Assembly (NCBI GenBank): GCA_964008345.1
Contig: CAXGBK010000072.1
Location: 1-32,867 of the forward strand
Reading direction: 5' to 3'
Source of the DNA: an uncultured Coxiella sp.
Lineage (GTDB): Bacteria; Pseudomonadota; Gammaproteobacteria; Comchoanobacterales; Comchoanobacteraceae
DNA length: 32,867 bases
Part shown: piece by piece, positions 15,558 to 23,491 of the stretch
Position numbering within the stretch: the first letter of the stretch is position 1
Layout: the number at the start of each line of letters is the position of its first letter
Notes under the pieces: model-generated
Database searches by the model: none
What the model saw: only the letters and a program-made list of their open reading frames with translations
What the model was told of the DNA's origin: nothing
Translations under genes and position numbers: made by a program

Positions 15558-17132
15558 TCATGCATCCGCACGGAGATTCAAAAGAAACTTAACCTGCTCT
15601 TTATCACTGAAGGCGATTTTTTCATCTCCGATTATCTGGTACGATTCATGCCCCTTGCCGGCAATTAAAATCACATCACCAGGCATAGCTTCATCGATAG
15701 CGTGTACAATGGCCTTGGTTCTATCGTGTATAACATCAACAGCCCATGGGCACAAGAAACCACGTAAAACCTGCTCAACAATGCGCTTACTAGACTCATG
15801 ACGAGGATTATCGTCGGTAATAATCACATGGTCGGCATATCGCTCTGCTATCTGCCCCATCAATTTACGCTTACCACTATCTCTATCGCCACCACAACCA
15901 AAAACACAAACAAGGCGTCTCTCACAATAACGTTGCAAACTTACCAACACTTCTTCCAAAGCCGCTGGCGTATGTGCATAATCTACTATAACGGTAGGTT
16001 TTTGGCCACCTCCATAAGATTCCATACGACCTTCAACAGGCGTGATGTCTTGCAATGCTTCGGCAATCTCCGACAACTTAAAGTCCATCGTTAACAAACT
16101 TGCAACAACAGCCAGAAGATTATAGGCGTTGAACGAGCCGATCAATTTTGTTGCGATCTTAACGGTAGTACTCTTATAAGAAACGAGCATTTGCAGACCG
16201 TTCAAATCGGCATAGACTTGATAACCTCTCAGAACATTATCCAGACCCAGATTGGGGTCATTACGCAATGTATAGCCGATCAAGCTTGCAGAACCTTGGT
16301 AATCCTTGGCGACTTGTTTACCCACCTCATCATCTAAATTCAGTACCAAATAGCGGGCAGCGTAATCGCATAAAAACTTCTTTTTAACGGCATGGTAGGC
16401 TGAAATATCTCCATGAAAATCTAAATGATCACGTGTGACGTTTGATAGAACTAGCGTATCAAAATACACCCCACGAACCCTGCTTTGTGCAATACCATGT
16501 GATGAAACCTCCATAGAGACCGCCTCACAACCCAAATCACGCATAGAAGCAAGTGTGGTCTGTAATGCAACCGGACCAGGCGTCGTCAGGCCAGTGTAAT
16601 TTAATTTATCAATATCAATTCCTTGGCCATGCGTTCCTATTAAGCCGGCCAGTATATCAAGCTGTTTCATAGCCTTTGATAATAACGTGGTTATAGTGGT
16701 CTTTCCGTTTGTCCCAGTAACACCTATCATCTGCATCTGCATAGACGGCTGATTATAAAATTTATCAGCGACGTGTCCCACCAATTCGGTTAAATTATAT
16801 ATTTGAATGTGCGGCACCACAACATGACTGGTATGCGCAGGCATCAGCAGGCTTGTTTTGGTATCTTGATTCACCGTCAACTCTGATAAAACAGCAACCG
16901 CACCTGAGTGAAGGGCTTCTTGTATGAAATCTCGCCCATCATGATGACCATAGCCCACCTGCGCTATAAAAACATATCCCGGCTCTACATCGCGACTGTC
17001 GGTTGTGATACCGAGCACTTCTCGGTCCATCTTTTTAGGAAGTTCAACAAATGGATTCAGCAACTCAGACAATAACATAAAAGGACTAATGTCCTGCTCT
17101 GCAAAATTTTCTGTGCTGGAGACTTCTCTCAT
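15558..17132 (-). CDS. murE: UDP-N-acetylmuramoyl-L-alanyl-D-glutamate--2,6-diaminopimelate ligase
   Basis: 524 aa with the P-loop VTGTNGKTT. The DNPR motif (TDDNPRHE) is characteristic of meso-DAP-adding MurE. Confidence 0.95.
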   Translation of the reverse strand: MREVSSTENFAEQDISPFMLLSELLNPFVELPKKMDREVLGITTDSRDVEPGYVFIAQVGYGHHDGRDFIQEALHSGAVAVLSELTVNQDTKTSLLMPAHTSHVVVPHIQIYNLTELVGHVADKFYNQPSMQMQMIGVTGTNGKTTITTLLSKAMKQLDILAGLIGTHGQGIDIDKLNYTGLTTPGPVALQTTLASMRDLGCEAVSMEVSSHGIAQSRVRGVYFDTLVLSNVTRDHLDFHGDISAYHAVKKKFLCDYAARYLVLNLDDEVGKQVAKDYQGSASLIGYTLRNDPNLGLDNVLRGYQVYADLNGLQMLVSYKSTTVKIATKLIGSFNAYNLLAVVASLLTMDFKLSEIAEALQDITPVEGRMESYGGGQKPTVIVDYAHTPAALEEVLVSLQRYCERRLVCVFGCGGDRDSGKRKLMGQIAERYADHVIITDDNPRHESSKRIVEQVLRGFLCPWAVDVIHDRTKAIVHAIDEAMPGDVILIAGKGHESYQIIGDEKIAFSDKEQVKFLLNLRADA

Positions 17133-17202
17133 AGAAATAGTTAACCAAGTATAATAAACATCTACGTTGTGATTATAACACAGCCATAACCAACATCAAC
17201 TC

Positions 17203-18861
17203 CTAGCCAACAGAGTTTTGCAAACCTTTAGTTAAGTACATAGCATTAAACATAATATTAGAAAAAACTGGAGCGGCCACTTGCCCACCAAAATGTCGTT
17301 TTTTATCTGGATCTTCAATCACTACTACCACAACATACTTAGGCTTGTCTACCGGTGAAAAGCCGGCAAAAGATGCCATATAACGATTTTTATCGTACCC
17401 TTTCCCAGGAATATGCATGTAAGCCGTACCTGTTTTTCCAGCAACGGCCCCACCCCATTTGGTGCTTAGCGAACCGGTGCCTCTAATAGAGACCGAGCGA
17501 TGCATCATTTTCTTAATAGCCTGAGCGGTTTCTGGAGTAAAAATCTGCACCCAGCGATCCTTAGAAGACTTGGCACGGTATAATGTTAATGGCTTTAAAA
17601 GCCCTCCATTAGCAATAGCCACATAGTACTGCGCTAGTCTAGCAGTTGAAAATGAAACGCCATACCCAAACGACAAAGTCGCAAGACTAAACAAGTCCCC
17701 CTCACGGACGACGGACAATTGCCCCGCAGACTCACCAGGGAAACCCAAACCAACCTTCTGCTTCACACCAAGCTTCTTATCAATCCACACTTGAAAATCA
17801 TTTTTAGTTTGCCATATCATCTTAGCCATACCAATATTGCTAGACTTCACCATAACCTCTTCCGTCGATAAGACACCATAGTTATGTACATCTTCAATTT
17901 GATTTCCATTTACATGGATGATCCCTGGAGCGGTATCCCACATATCTTTAAGACCCACACGTGAGTGATCTAAAATAAAACCCATAGCAATAGGCTTAAA
18001 AGTCGAACCAGGCTCTTGAATATCAGTAAAAACTCTATTTTTAAGATAGGAATGCCTATCAGACGAATCATTTGGATTAAAGGATGGATAATTAGCAGCT
18101 GCCAAAACCTCATTAGACGCAACATCCACAACAATTGCCATACCTGATCGGGCTTTAGATTGCAAAACCCCTTGTTTAAGAGCTGCGAAAACATGATGCT
18201 GCAAATCCTTATCGATCGTTAAGATGATATCATGACCCATTTTTTCTTCACTTGCAGATAACGTTTCCACCGCATGCCCATAGCGATCAATCACAACACG
18301 CTGATAACCATTCTTACCTACCAACTTGTCGTTCATGGCAAGCTCAACACCCTCTTGACCGCGTCCATCCACATCGGTAAATCCTATCAATTGCGCCAAT
18401 GATTTCTCGCCAGGATACATACGCGTATATTCAACCAAAGGGACCACATCCTGAAAGTAAGCATCCGTAATTTTTTGCGCCATTGGTTGATCAGCATAAC
18501 GAAGCACATACATAAAGTGACGCTTTCTATTTTTTTCCAACAAACTCGTAAAATGCTTCGAAGACTTTCCTAAAATGACAGCTAAACGATCCTTTTGCGA
18601 AGGGTCGTTTAACAAGCGCTCCGGCCTTACCCAAAAACTCGTTTTTGGCAAACTCATGGCAAGGACTTCGCCATTACGATCCAGAATCTTTTTTCGCTTC
18701 ACACTGATCACACGTTTTCTTTCGACACGAAGCTTACTTTGCTCTAGAAGAAAATCTCGCTTATTGACCACCAGGTTCCAAAGATTGTACACCAGTAAAA
18801 CATTGGCACACAAATATAATAAAACGACCGAGAAATACCTAATCTTTTGCATGAAGGTCAT
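17203..18861 (-). CDS. ftsI: Peptidoglycan D,D-transpeptidase FtsI (PBP3)
   Basis: 552 aa with an N-terminal TM anchor. Penicillin-binding motifs are STFKP (SxxK), SSN (SxN) and KTGT. Overlaps ftsL by 4 nt. Confidence 0.95.
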   Translation of the reverse strand: MTFMQKIRYFSVVLLYLCANVLLVYNLWNLVVNKRDFLLEQSKLRVERKRVISVKRKKILDRNGEVLAMSLPKTSFWVRPERLLNDPSQKDRLAVILGKSSKHFTSLLEKNRKRHFMYVLRYADQPMAQKITDAYFQDVVPLVEYTRMYPGEKSLAQLIGFTDVDGRGQEGVELAMNDKLVGKNGYQRVVIDRYGHAVETLSASEEKMGHDIILTIDKDLQHHVFAALKQGVLQSKARSGMAIVVDVASNEVLAAANYPSFNPNDSSDRHSYLKNRVFTDIQEPGSTFKPIAMGFILDHSRVGLKDMWDTAPGIIHVNGNQIEDVHNYGVLSTEEVMVKSSNIGMAKMIWQTKNDFQVWIDKKLGVKQKVGLGFPGESAGQLSVVREGDLFSLATLSFGYGVSFSTARLAQYYVAIANGGLLKPLTLYRAKSSKDRWVQIFTPETAQAIKKMMHRSVSIRGTGSLSTKWGGAVAGKTGTAYMHIPGKGYDKNRYMASFAGFSPVDKPKYVVVVVIEDPDKKRHFGGQVAAPVFSNIMFNAMYLTKGLQNSVG

Positions 18862-19199
18862 AGCGACTTCAAGGAGCTTCTTTTTATATGCGCTATATCT
18901 TTGCGTTTAGGCAAACGAAAACCTGCATGCTTTTCTACAATTCTTTTTAAAACGTGCGGACTTGTAATACGCTCTTTTTCAGACAGCAGTGCGTCTTGTT
19001 TAGACAATAAGACGAGTCGCTGACCATGCAACTGAGAATACTGAATGGTGGCATTGCGTATCCCAAACTTAACATACACCCAAGCCAAAATCGTCAACAG
19101 AAAAGCCAAACAAATCCCATGCCAACAAAGATTCAAAGATGGAACAACATAAGCAAAAGGGAAAGTAGCAGTTGTTGCAACTGATCGTGGCCTATACAC
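18858..19199 (-). CDS. ftsL: Cell division protein FtsL (single TM plus coiled coil)
   Basis: The track ORF (to 19286) overlaps rsmH by 95 nt. An in-frame GTG at 19199 is preceded by GGGAGG-TTGGTT (6-nt spacing) and overlaps the rsmH stop (GTGTATAG). The product has one TM (WHGICLAFLLTILAWVYV) followed by a heptad-like segment. Its position between rsmH and ftsI is conserved. The start is an inference. Confidence 0.7.
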   Translation of the reverse strand: MYRPRSVATTATFPFAYVVPSLNLCWHGICLAFLLTILAWVYVKFGIRNATIQYSQLHGQRLVLLSKQDALLSEKERITSPHVLKRIVEKHAGFRLPKRKDIAHIKRSSLKSL

Positions 19200-20127
19200 A
19201 ACCAACCTCCCAAACTCGTAATAAAGCGCTTCGAGCACGCGGATTATGCTGCAGCTCACACTGCGTTGCACGATACGCGCGCCCAATTCGCTTTAGTTGA
19301 GGTAGGTTAGGGGTTAGCTCGACAGCTATATTACCAGCTGATAACTTTTGTTTGAGTACACGACTGACCAAAGTATGCTCTAAAGAATGATACGTCAGGG
19401 TAATCATTCTCGAACCAGGCTTCATACGCTCGATCACGATGGGCAATCCTTTGATTATCTCTTTGAGTTCATCATTCACATGTATCCTAATGGCCTGAAA
19501 AATTTTAGTTGCAGGGTGTCGTTTTTGATTCCAGCCTGGTAAAGCACTTAAGACCACCGACACCAGGTCCTTTGTTGTCTGGATAGGACTCGTTGTACGA
19601 ACTTCAAGAATCTTCTTTGCAATTTCACGCGCATGGACCTCTTCACCATAAGTCTCAAACACGTAAATCAATTCATCCTCACTTGCTCGTGCTAACCAGT
19701 CCATTGCACTCAAGCCATGCTCATTGTCCATACGCATATCTAGCGGGCCATCCTGCTGAAAACTAAACCCTCTTTCTGAGCAGTCTAATTGCGGGCTAGA
19801 AACCCCAAAATCAAAAATCGCTCCATCTAAAAAAGGATGTCCTACCGGGGTTGGCAACAGATCAGATAACTGAGAGAAACTACCCTGTAAAACCCTTACA
19901 CGAGTATCTTTCTCAGCAAGATTCCTAGCCACCATAACCGCTTCTGGATCACGATCTAACACCCACAAATGGGCCGATGGGTTTAAACAATCTAAAATAG
20001 CCTTACTATGACCGCCTCGACCAAAAGTTGCATCGAGGTACTGCCCACTTGGGTCGGTTATCAATTTCTCTACAGATGACTCCAACATCACCGGAATATG
20101 CACGCCTTTACCCATATTATTCATCAT
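19192..20127 (-). CDS. rsmH: 16S rRNA (cytosine1402-N4)-methyltransferase
   Basis: Contains HIPVML and the SAM motif DATFGRGGHS. The track start at 20178 would overlap mraZ by 26 nt. ATG 20127 (MMNNMGKGVHIPV...) has AGGA about 6 nt upstream; ATGs at 20124 and 20115 are also possible. Confidence 0.9.
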   Translation of the reverse strand: MMNNMGKGVHIPVMLESSVEKLITDPSGQYLDATFGRGGHSKAILDCLNPSAHLWVLDRDPEAVMVARNLAEKDTRVRVLQGSFSQLSDLLPTPVGHPFLDGAIFDFGVSSPQLDCSERGFSFQQDGPLDMRMDNEHGLSAMDWLARASEDELIYVFETYGEEVHAREIAKKILEVRTTSPIQTTKDLVSVVLSALPGWNQKRHPATKIFQAIRIHVNDELKEIIKGLPIVIERMKPGSRMITLTYHSLEHTLVSRVLKQKLSAGNIAVELTPNLPQLKRIGRAYRATQCELQHNPRARSALLRVWEVGCV

Positions 20128-20152
20128 ACCATTCCTAAATCCGGACACATAA

Positions 20153-20626
20153 CTAGACTGAGATATCTGAAAGTTCACTTGGAACCTCCTCTTGACTGTC
20201 TCGCATAGCCTTCCCTGTCTCTAGCCACAACTGCCGGTGACTTTGCCAATTACTTTCACTCCATATCTCAAACTTCTTACCTTGACCCACCAGCATCAAT
20301 TTTTTATCAACCGCAGCATGATCGCGTAAAATATTCGGCAACAATAATCGACCCTGGCTATCTAAATCAACCTCACTGGCATGCCCGATTAACAGTCTCT
20401 GCACCCTTCTAACCCTTGGATTAAGACTTGGGAGCGCCTGTAATTTCGACTCAATTTCCTCCCAAACCGCTAGTGGATAAAGCAATAAACAGTCATCATC
20501 TGTATCAATCGTCACAACGCATTTACTCATAGACATATCCTGTAGCACAGCGCGATATTTAGTAGGCACAGCAAATCTTCCTTTTGCATCAACATTACAC
20601 AGACTGACTCCACGAAATGACACCAC
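20153..20626 (-). CDS. mraZ: Transcriptional regulator MraZ
   Basis: 157 aa. (M)VSFRGVSLCNVDAKGRFAVPTKYR parallels E. coli [23 protein letters not shown]. A second MraZ repeat is LDSQGRLLLP. An in-frame TAA immediately precedes the start, so it must be GTG 20626 or GTG 20623. Confidence 0.9.
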   Translation of the reverse strand: MVSFRGVSLCNVDAKGRFAVPTKYRAVLQDMSMSKCVVTIDTDDDCLLLYPLAVWEEIESKLQALPSLNPRVRRVQRLLIGHASEVDLDSQGRLLLPNILRDHAAVDKKLMLVGQGKKFEIWSESNWQSHRQLWLETGKAMRDSQEEVPSELSDISV

Positions 20627-20650
20627 TTATACCCACTTATCACCACTTAA
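20621..20650 (-). promoter_or_regulatory. Three tandem 10-bp-phased MraZ-box-like direct repeats (TTAAGTGGTG ATAAGTGGGT ATAAGTGGTG)
   Basis: Read directly; on the plus strand it is caccacttat acccacttat caccacttaa. The repeats lie between the candidate -10 and mraZ. The third contains the GTG start. Known MraZ operators are 3+ direct repeats with 10-bp spacing: TGGGN in E. coli and AAAGTG(T/G) in Mollicutes. Confidence 0.55.
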
Positions 20651-20654
20651 AAAC

Positions 20655-20684
20655 ATATTAACACCCTTTTTCACCACCAGTCAA
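20655..20684 (-). promoter_or_regulatory. Candidate sigma70 promoter of the dcw operon (Pmra): TTGACT-18 nt-TAATAT
   Basis: On the minus strand the -35 TTGACT is at 20684-20679 and the -10 TAATAT at 20660-20655. The -10 ends 28 nt upstream of the mraZ GTG. Confidence 0.45.
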
Positions 20685-20932
20685 CCACATAAGCACTTAA
20701 CCAGAGATTTAAAAATTTAATATATATTTAATCAACCAGATAAAAACGAGACACGCATAAAATCATACAAAACAATACATTATTAAAAAAGAATTAAATA
20801 TCCACCTTCCTAACAACCCCATAATAAAACAAAAGATGAAAAAACAATAAATTAAAGTAAAAACAACAACCAACTAAGCATGCTGTGATAAAATAAAAGC
20901 ATGACTAAATAATTACCAGGAATACAAATACA

Positions 20933-22303
20933 ATGAGCATTCTAAGAAAAGTCCGTCACCAAGCAAAAGAAGCCTGTTCAGTTTTAATGAATTGGATACT
21001 AAGGATTTTAAAAAATATACTTTGGATCACCATCGTGTTTGCAGGGCTATCCTTAGCACCGATAACGACCTTAACTTTAGCGACACTGTATGCTATGTGT
21101 ATCGCCCCTGAAAAAACAACATTAGCAGCCATCACCTGCTTGACGTTCCTAAAACCCATGATACAAAGACGACTGGGCAAACTGGTTTTTCCAGCACAAG
21201 ATATGCAAAAACCATCATACATCCACAGCAAAAAGAAATCCCACCATGGTATTGTCGAATTCCTCACAAAAGACAACACCCCTATTACCTGTCTAAAAAA
21301 CAAATCCATGCCAGGCATAAAAACGCCCAAAGGCACATCGCACGACCGAAAAATAACCATATACTTTCCCGGTAATAGCGAAACGGCCATTCACCATTAC
21401 TTGTCTAAAAATCGTTTTGAAGAAAAAGACAAAGATCATGATAAGCTTACGATACACTACCGAGGGGTCAGCAAGGGACAACCAAACTCTGGCGATATGT
21501 TAAAAGAAGATGCGGTAACAATCATCCAGAGCATCATTGACGATTACGGCTACAAACCGGAGAACATACAACTGACCGGATATTCTCTAGGTGGCGCTAT
21601 AGCAACCATGGCCGCAGCCGAACTACACCAGAACCATCAACCTGTCCATCTTTTAAATGTCGCTTCGTTTTCATCTATCAGTCAAATCATCCTACAACTA
21701 GACCATGAAGACCTCCATAATGCAAACCGCTCAATCCAGACAAAAGTAGAATCCATTTCCCTAAAACTGATACTTTCTTTCCTATCCAACGCAGCCATAT
21801 TCTTTTGCTGGAATATGCCCAGCAGTAAAGCCTGGGACCGCATTCCAGAAGCCTACAAAAACTACCTCCACGTACAACGTGACCACCAAAACCCACATGT
21901 AAGCTGTGCCGATGGCATTATACCAAAAGAAGCCAGCCTTGCCTCGCATATAAAATACCAGCATAGAAACAAGATACTTAACCTAATAAAAGACTGGAAT
22001 CCAGAAATATACCATAAAGCATCCCAAGAAAAACATTTGCAACAATACAGTAAATCTGTGGGATGGTGCAGCCGGCTGGCAGATTTTCTAAAAAAGGAAA
22101 TAAAAAACACATCCAACACCCATGCAAACCATATCGAAGCAGTACAAAAAGCCATGCATGCGTATCAAGATCTAAAGAAAAACAAAATACGAATCTACGA
22201 AGGTATAGGACATATTGGCATTTTCTTCGTCCAGCCTAATGACCCAAAACATCGCAAAAGCAATATTAAACGATTTGACGATCTAACACCAGCGCCCACC
22301 TAA
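20933..22303 (+). CDS. Membrane-anchored alpha/beta hydrolase, class-3-lipase-like
   Basis: 456 aa with two N-terminal hydrophobic helices (ILWITIVFAGLSLAPITTLTLATLYAMCIA). The nucleophile elbow is LTGYSLGGAIATMAAAEL (GxSxG in the lipase_3-like context GHSLGGA). Confidence 0.75.
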   Translation: MSILRKVRHQAKEACSVLMNWILRILKNILWITIVFAGLSLAPITTLTLATLYAMCIAPEKTTLAAITCLTFLKPMIQRRLGKLVFPAQDMQKPSYIHSKKKSHHGIVEFLTKDNTPITCLKNKSMPGIKTPKGTSHDRKITIYFPGNSETAIHHYLSKNRFEEKDKDHDKLTIHYRGVSKGQPNSGDMLKEDAVTIIQSIIDDYGYKPENIQLTGYSLGGAIATMAAAELHQNHQPVHLLNVASFSSISQIILQLDHEDLHNANRSIQTKVESISLKLILSFLSNAAIFFCWNMPSSKAWDRIPEAYKNYLHVQRDHQNPHVSCADGIIPKEASLASHIKYQHRNKILNLIKDWNPEIYHKASQEKHLQQYSKSVGWCSRLADFLKKEIKNTSNTHANHIEAVQKAMHAYQDLKKNKIRIYEGIGHIGIFFVQPNDPKHRKSNIKRFDDLTPAPT

Positions 22304-22322
22304 AAGGCACCGATCACTGCAT

Positions 22323-22973
22323 TCAATCTTGCCAAACTGCACGTATAGCGGTTTGCACAGCCGATATCGATTGGGCTGCATCTATATAGACCATACGACC
22401 GAGCATCGAGTGCCCATCGTGTGCCCACCTAATCATCGGCATGGTATCCTGTGAGAAAATTGCTAGCCTTTTCAGAACAGTAGACTCAGAATCATCACTA
22501 CGCTGAATCAATGGCTCACCAGTGATATCATCAACGCCTTCCACCTTAGGAGGATTGTGTACAATATGATAAGACCGACCCGATGAAGCATGAACCCTTC
22601 TTCCAGAAATACGCTCTACAATGACTGAATCAGGCAAATCTAAAAACAGCATCACATCTATTTTCACTTTTTCATCCACCATCATCTCTAACTGCTTCAT
22701 CGTCCTCGGAAAACCATCTAAAATACAACCATTATCACAATCGGCTTGCTTCAATCGCGTTTTAAGCAAGCCCCATATCAAAGTATCATCCAACAACTCA
22801 CCCTGCTCCATCTTCTCGCGCAATACTTTATGCTCCTCTAGATCACTAGAAAGCGCTTTACGAATCAAATCACTGGTCGATACCACAGGGACATTCAACA
22901 TCCGCGAGATAAAAACGGCCTGTGTCCCCTTTCCACACCCTGGAGCACCTAATAATACACACGAAACCTTCAT
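22323..22973 (-). CDS. adk: Adenylate kinase
   Basis: 216 aa with the P-loop LLGAPGCGKGTQA. The LID segment is GRRVHASSGRSYHIVHNPPKVEGVDDITGEPLIQRSDD. Confidence 0.95.
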   Translation of the reverse strand: MKVSCVLLGAPGCGKGTQAVFISRMLNVPVVSTSDLIRKALSSDLEEHKVLREKMEQGELLDDTLIWGLLKTRLKQADCDNGCILDGFPRTMKQLEMMVDEKVKIDVMLFLDLPDSVIVERISGRRVHASSGRSYHIVHNPPKVEGVDDITGEPLIQRSDDSESTVLKRLAIFSQDTMPMIRWAHDGHSMLGRMVYIDAAQSISAVQTAIRAVWQD

Positions 22974-23419
22974 ACACTACCCCCATAATTACGCTTTATA
23001 CGCCCCATGGATTCAGACGAATAATTCTGATTAGCACCAGTCCTTTCAACAACGGGCCTCTGTATAAACGCAATACCAACCAAAATCCCACCGATAACAA
23101 AATAACCTAAGGCTTGCGAGAATGGATACTGTAATGGGTTACTCCAGTATCGAACGACCCGAATCACGCCTAGCATAAATAACACCAATGCTGCAAACAC
23201 ACAAAAAACACGAACCAGTGCGGCGATAGAAGTCGTCATATCTTGCAATAACCCCACATAAGAAAGACTGGTTTTATTGGGCTTTGCAGGCTCAATAACT
23301 TTAACTCGCTCCTGCTGGCGACTTTCTTTTGAATCGGGCACCACAACTGTGTTGATCTCAGCCAAAACATGTACAGCAAAAAACATGATAAACAGCGCAA
23401 TAAGAAAGCTTCGTTTCAT
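22970..23419 (-). CDS. Hypothetical small envelope protein (signal peptide plus two TM helices), translationally coupled to adk
   Basis: 149 aa. Signal peptide is MKRSFLIALFIMFFAVHVLA-EIN. The two helices are IAALVRVFCVFAALVLFMLGVI and ALGYFVIGGILVGIAFI. It overlaps the adk start by 4 nt (ATGA). Confidence 0.55.
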   Translation of the reverse strand: MKRSFLIALFIMFFAVHVLAEINTVVVPDSKESRQQERVKVIEPAKPNKTSLSYVGLLQDMTTSIAALVRVFCVFAALVLFMLGVIRVVRYWSNPLQYPFSQALGYFVIGGILVGIAFIQRPVVERTGANQNYSSESMGRIKRNYGGSV

Positions 23420-23491
23420 AAAAAATACACCCTAAAAACCAACGTAATCATGCCAATAAAAAACCAAAAACACAAGAAAACATTACCCTTT

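Noticed and set aside
10157-18910. Short track ORFs nested in dcw genes (10157-10339, 12165-12404, 12899-13084, 14599-14784, 15469-15801, 15798-16094, 17970-18194, 18575-18910)
   Set aside because: Each is wholly inside or antisense to a Mur/Fts gene with unambiguous family motifs. None has an RBS or a recognisable product.
19200-19286. N-terminal extension of the ftsL track ORF, and the equivalent extensions of rsmH (20128-20178), rpsP (29781-29801), rimM (30131-30136) and trmD (30618-30626)
   Set aside because: The extensions overlap the upstream genes or add residues absent from conserved N-termini. Downstream starts have better RBS spacing. These are judgement calls made without alignment tools.
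20956-22155. Five minus-strand track ORFs inside the lipase-like gene (20956-21390, 21293-21481, 21687-21896, 21782-21964, 21862-22155)
   Set aside because: They are antisense shadows of a 456-aa ORF that carries a GxSxG hydrolase motif.
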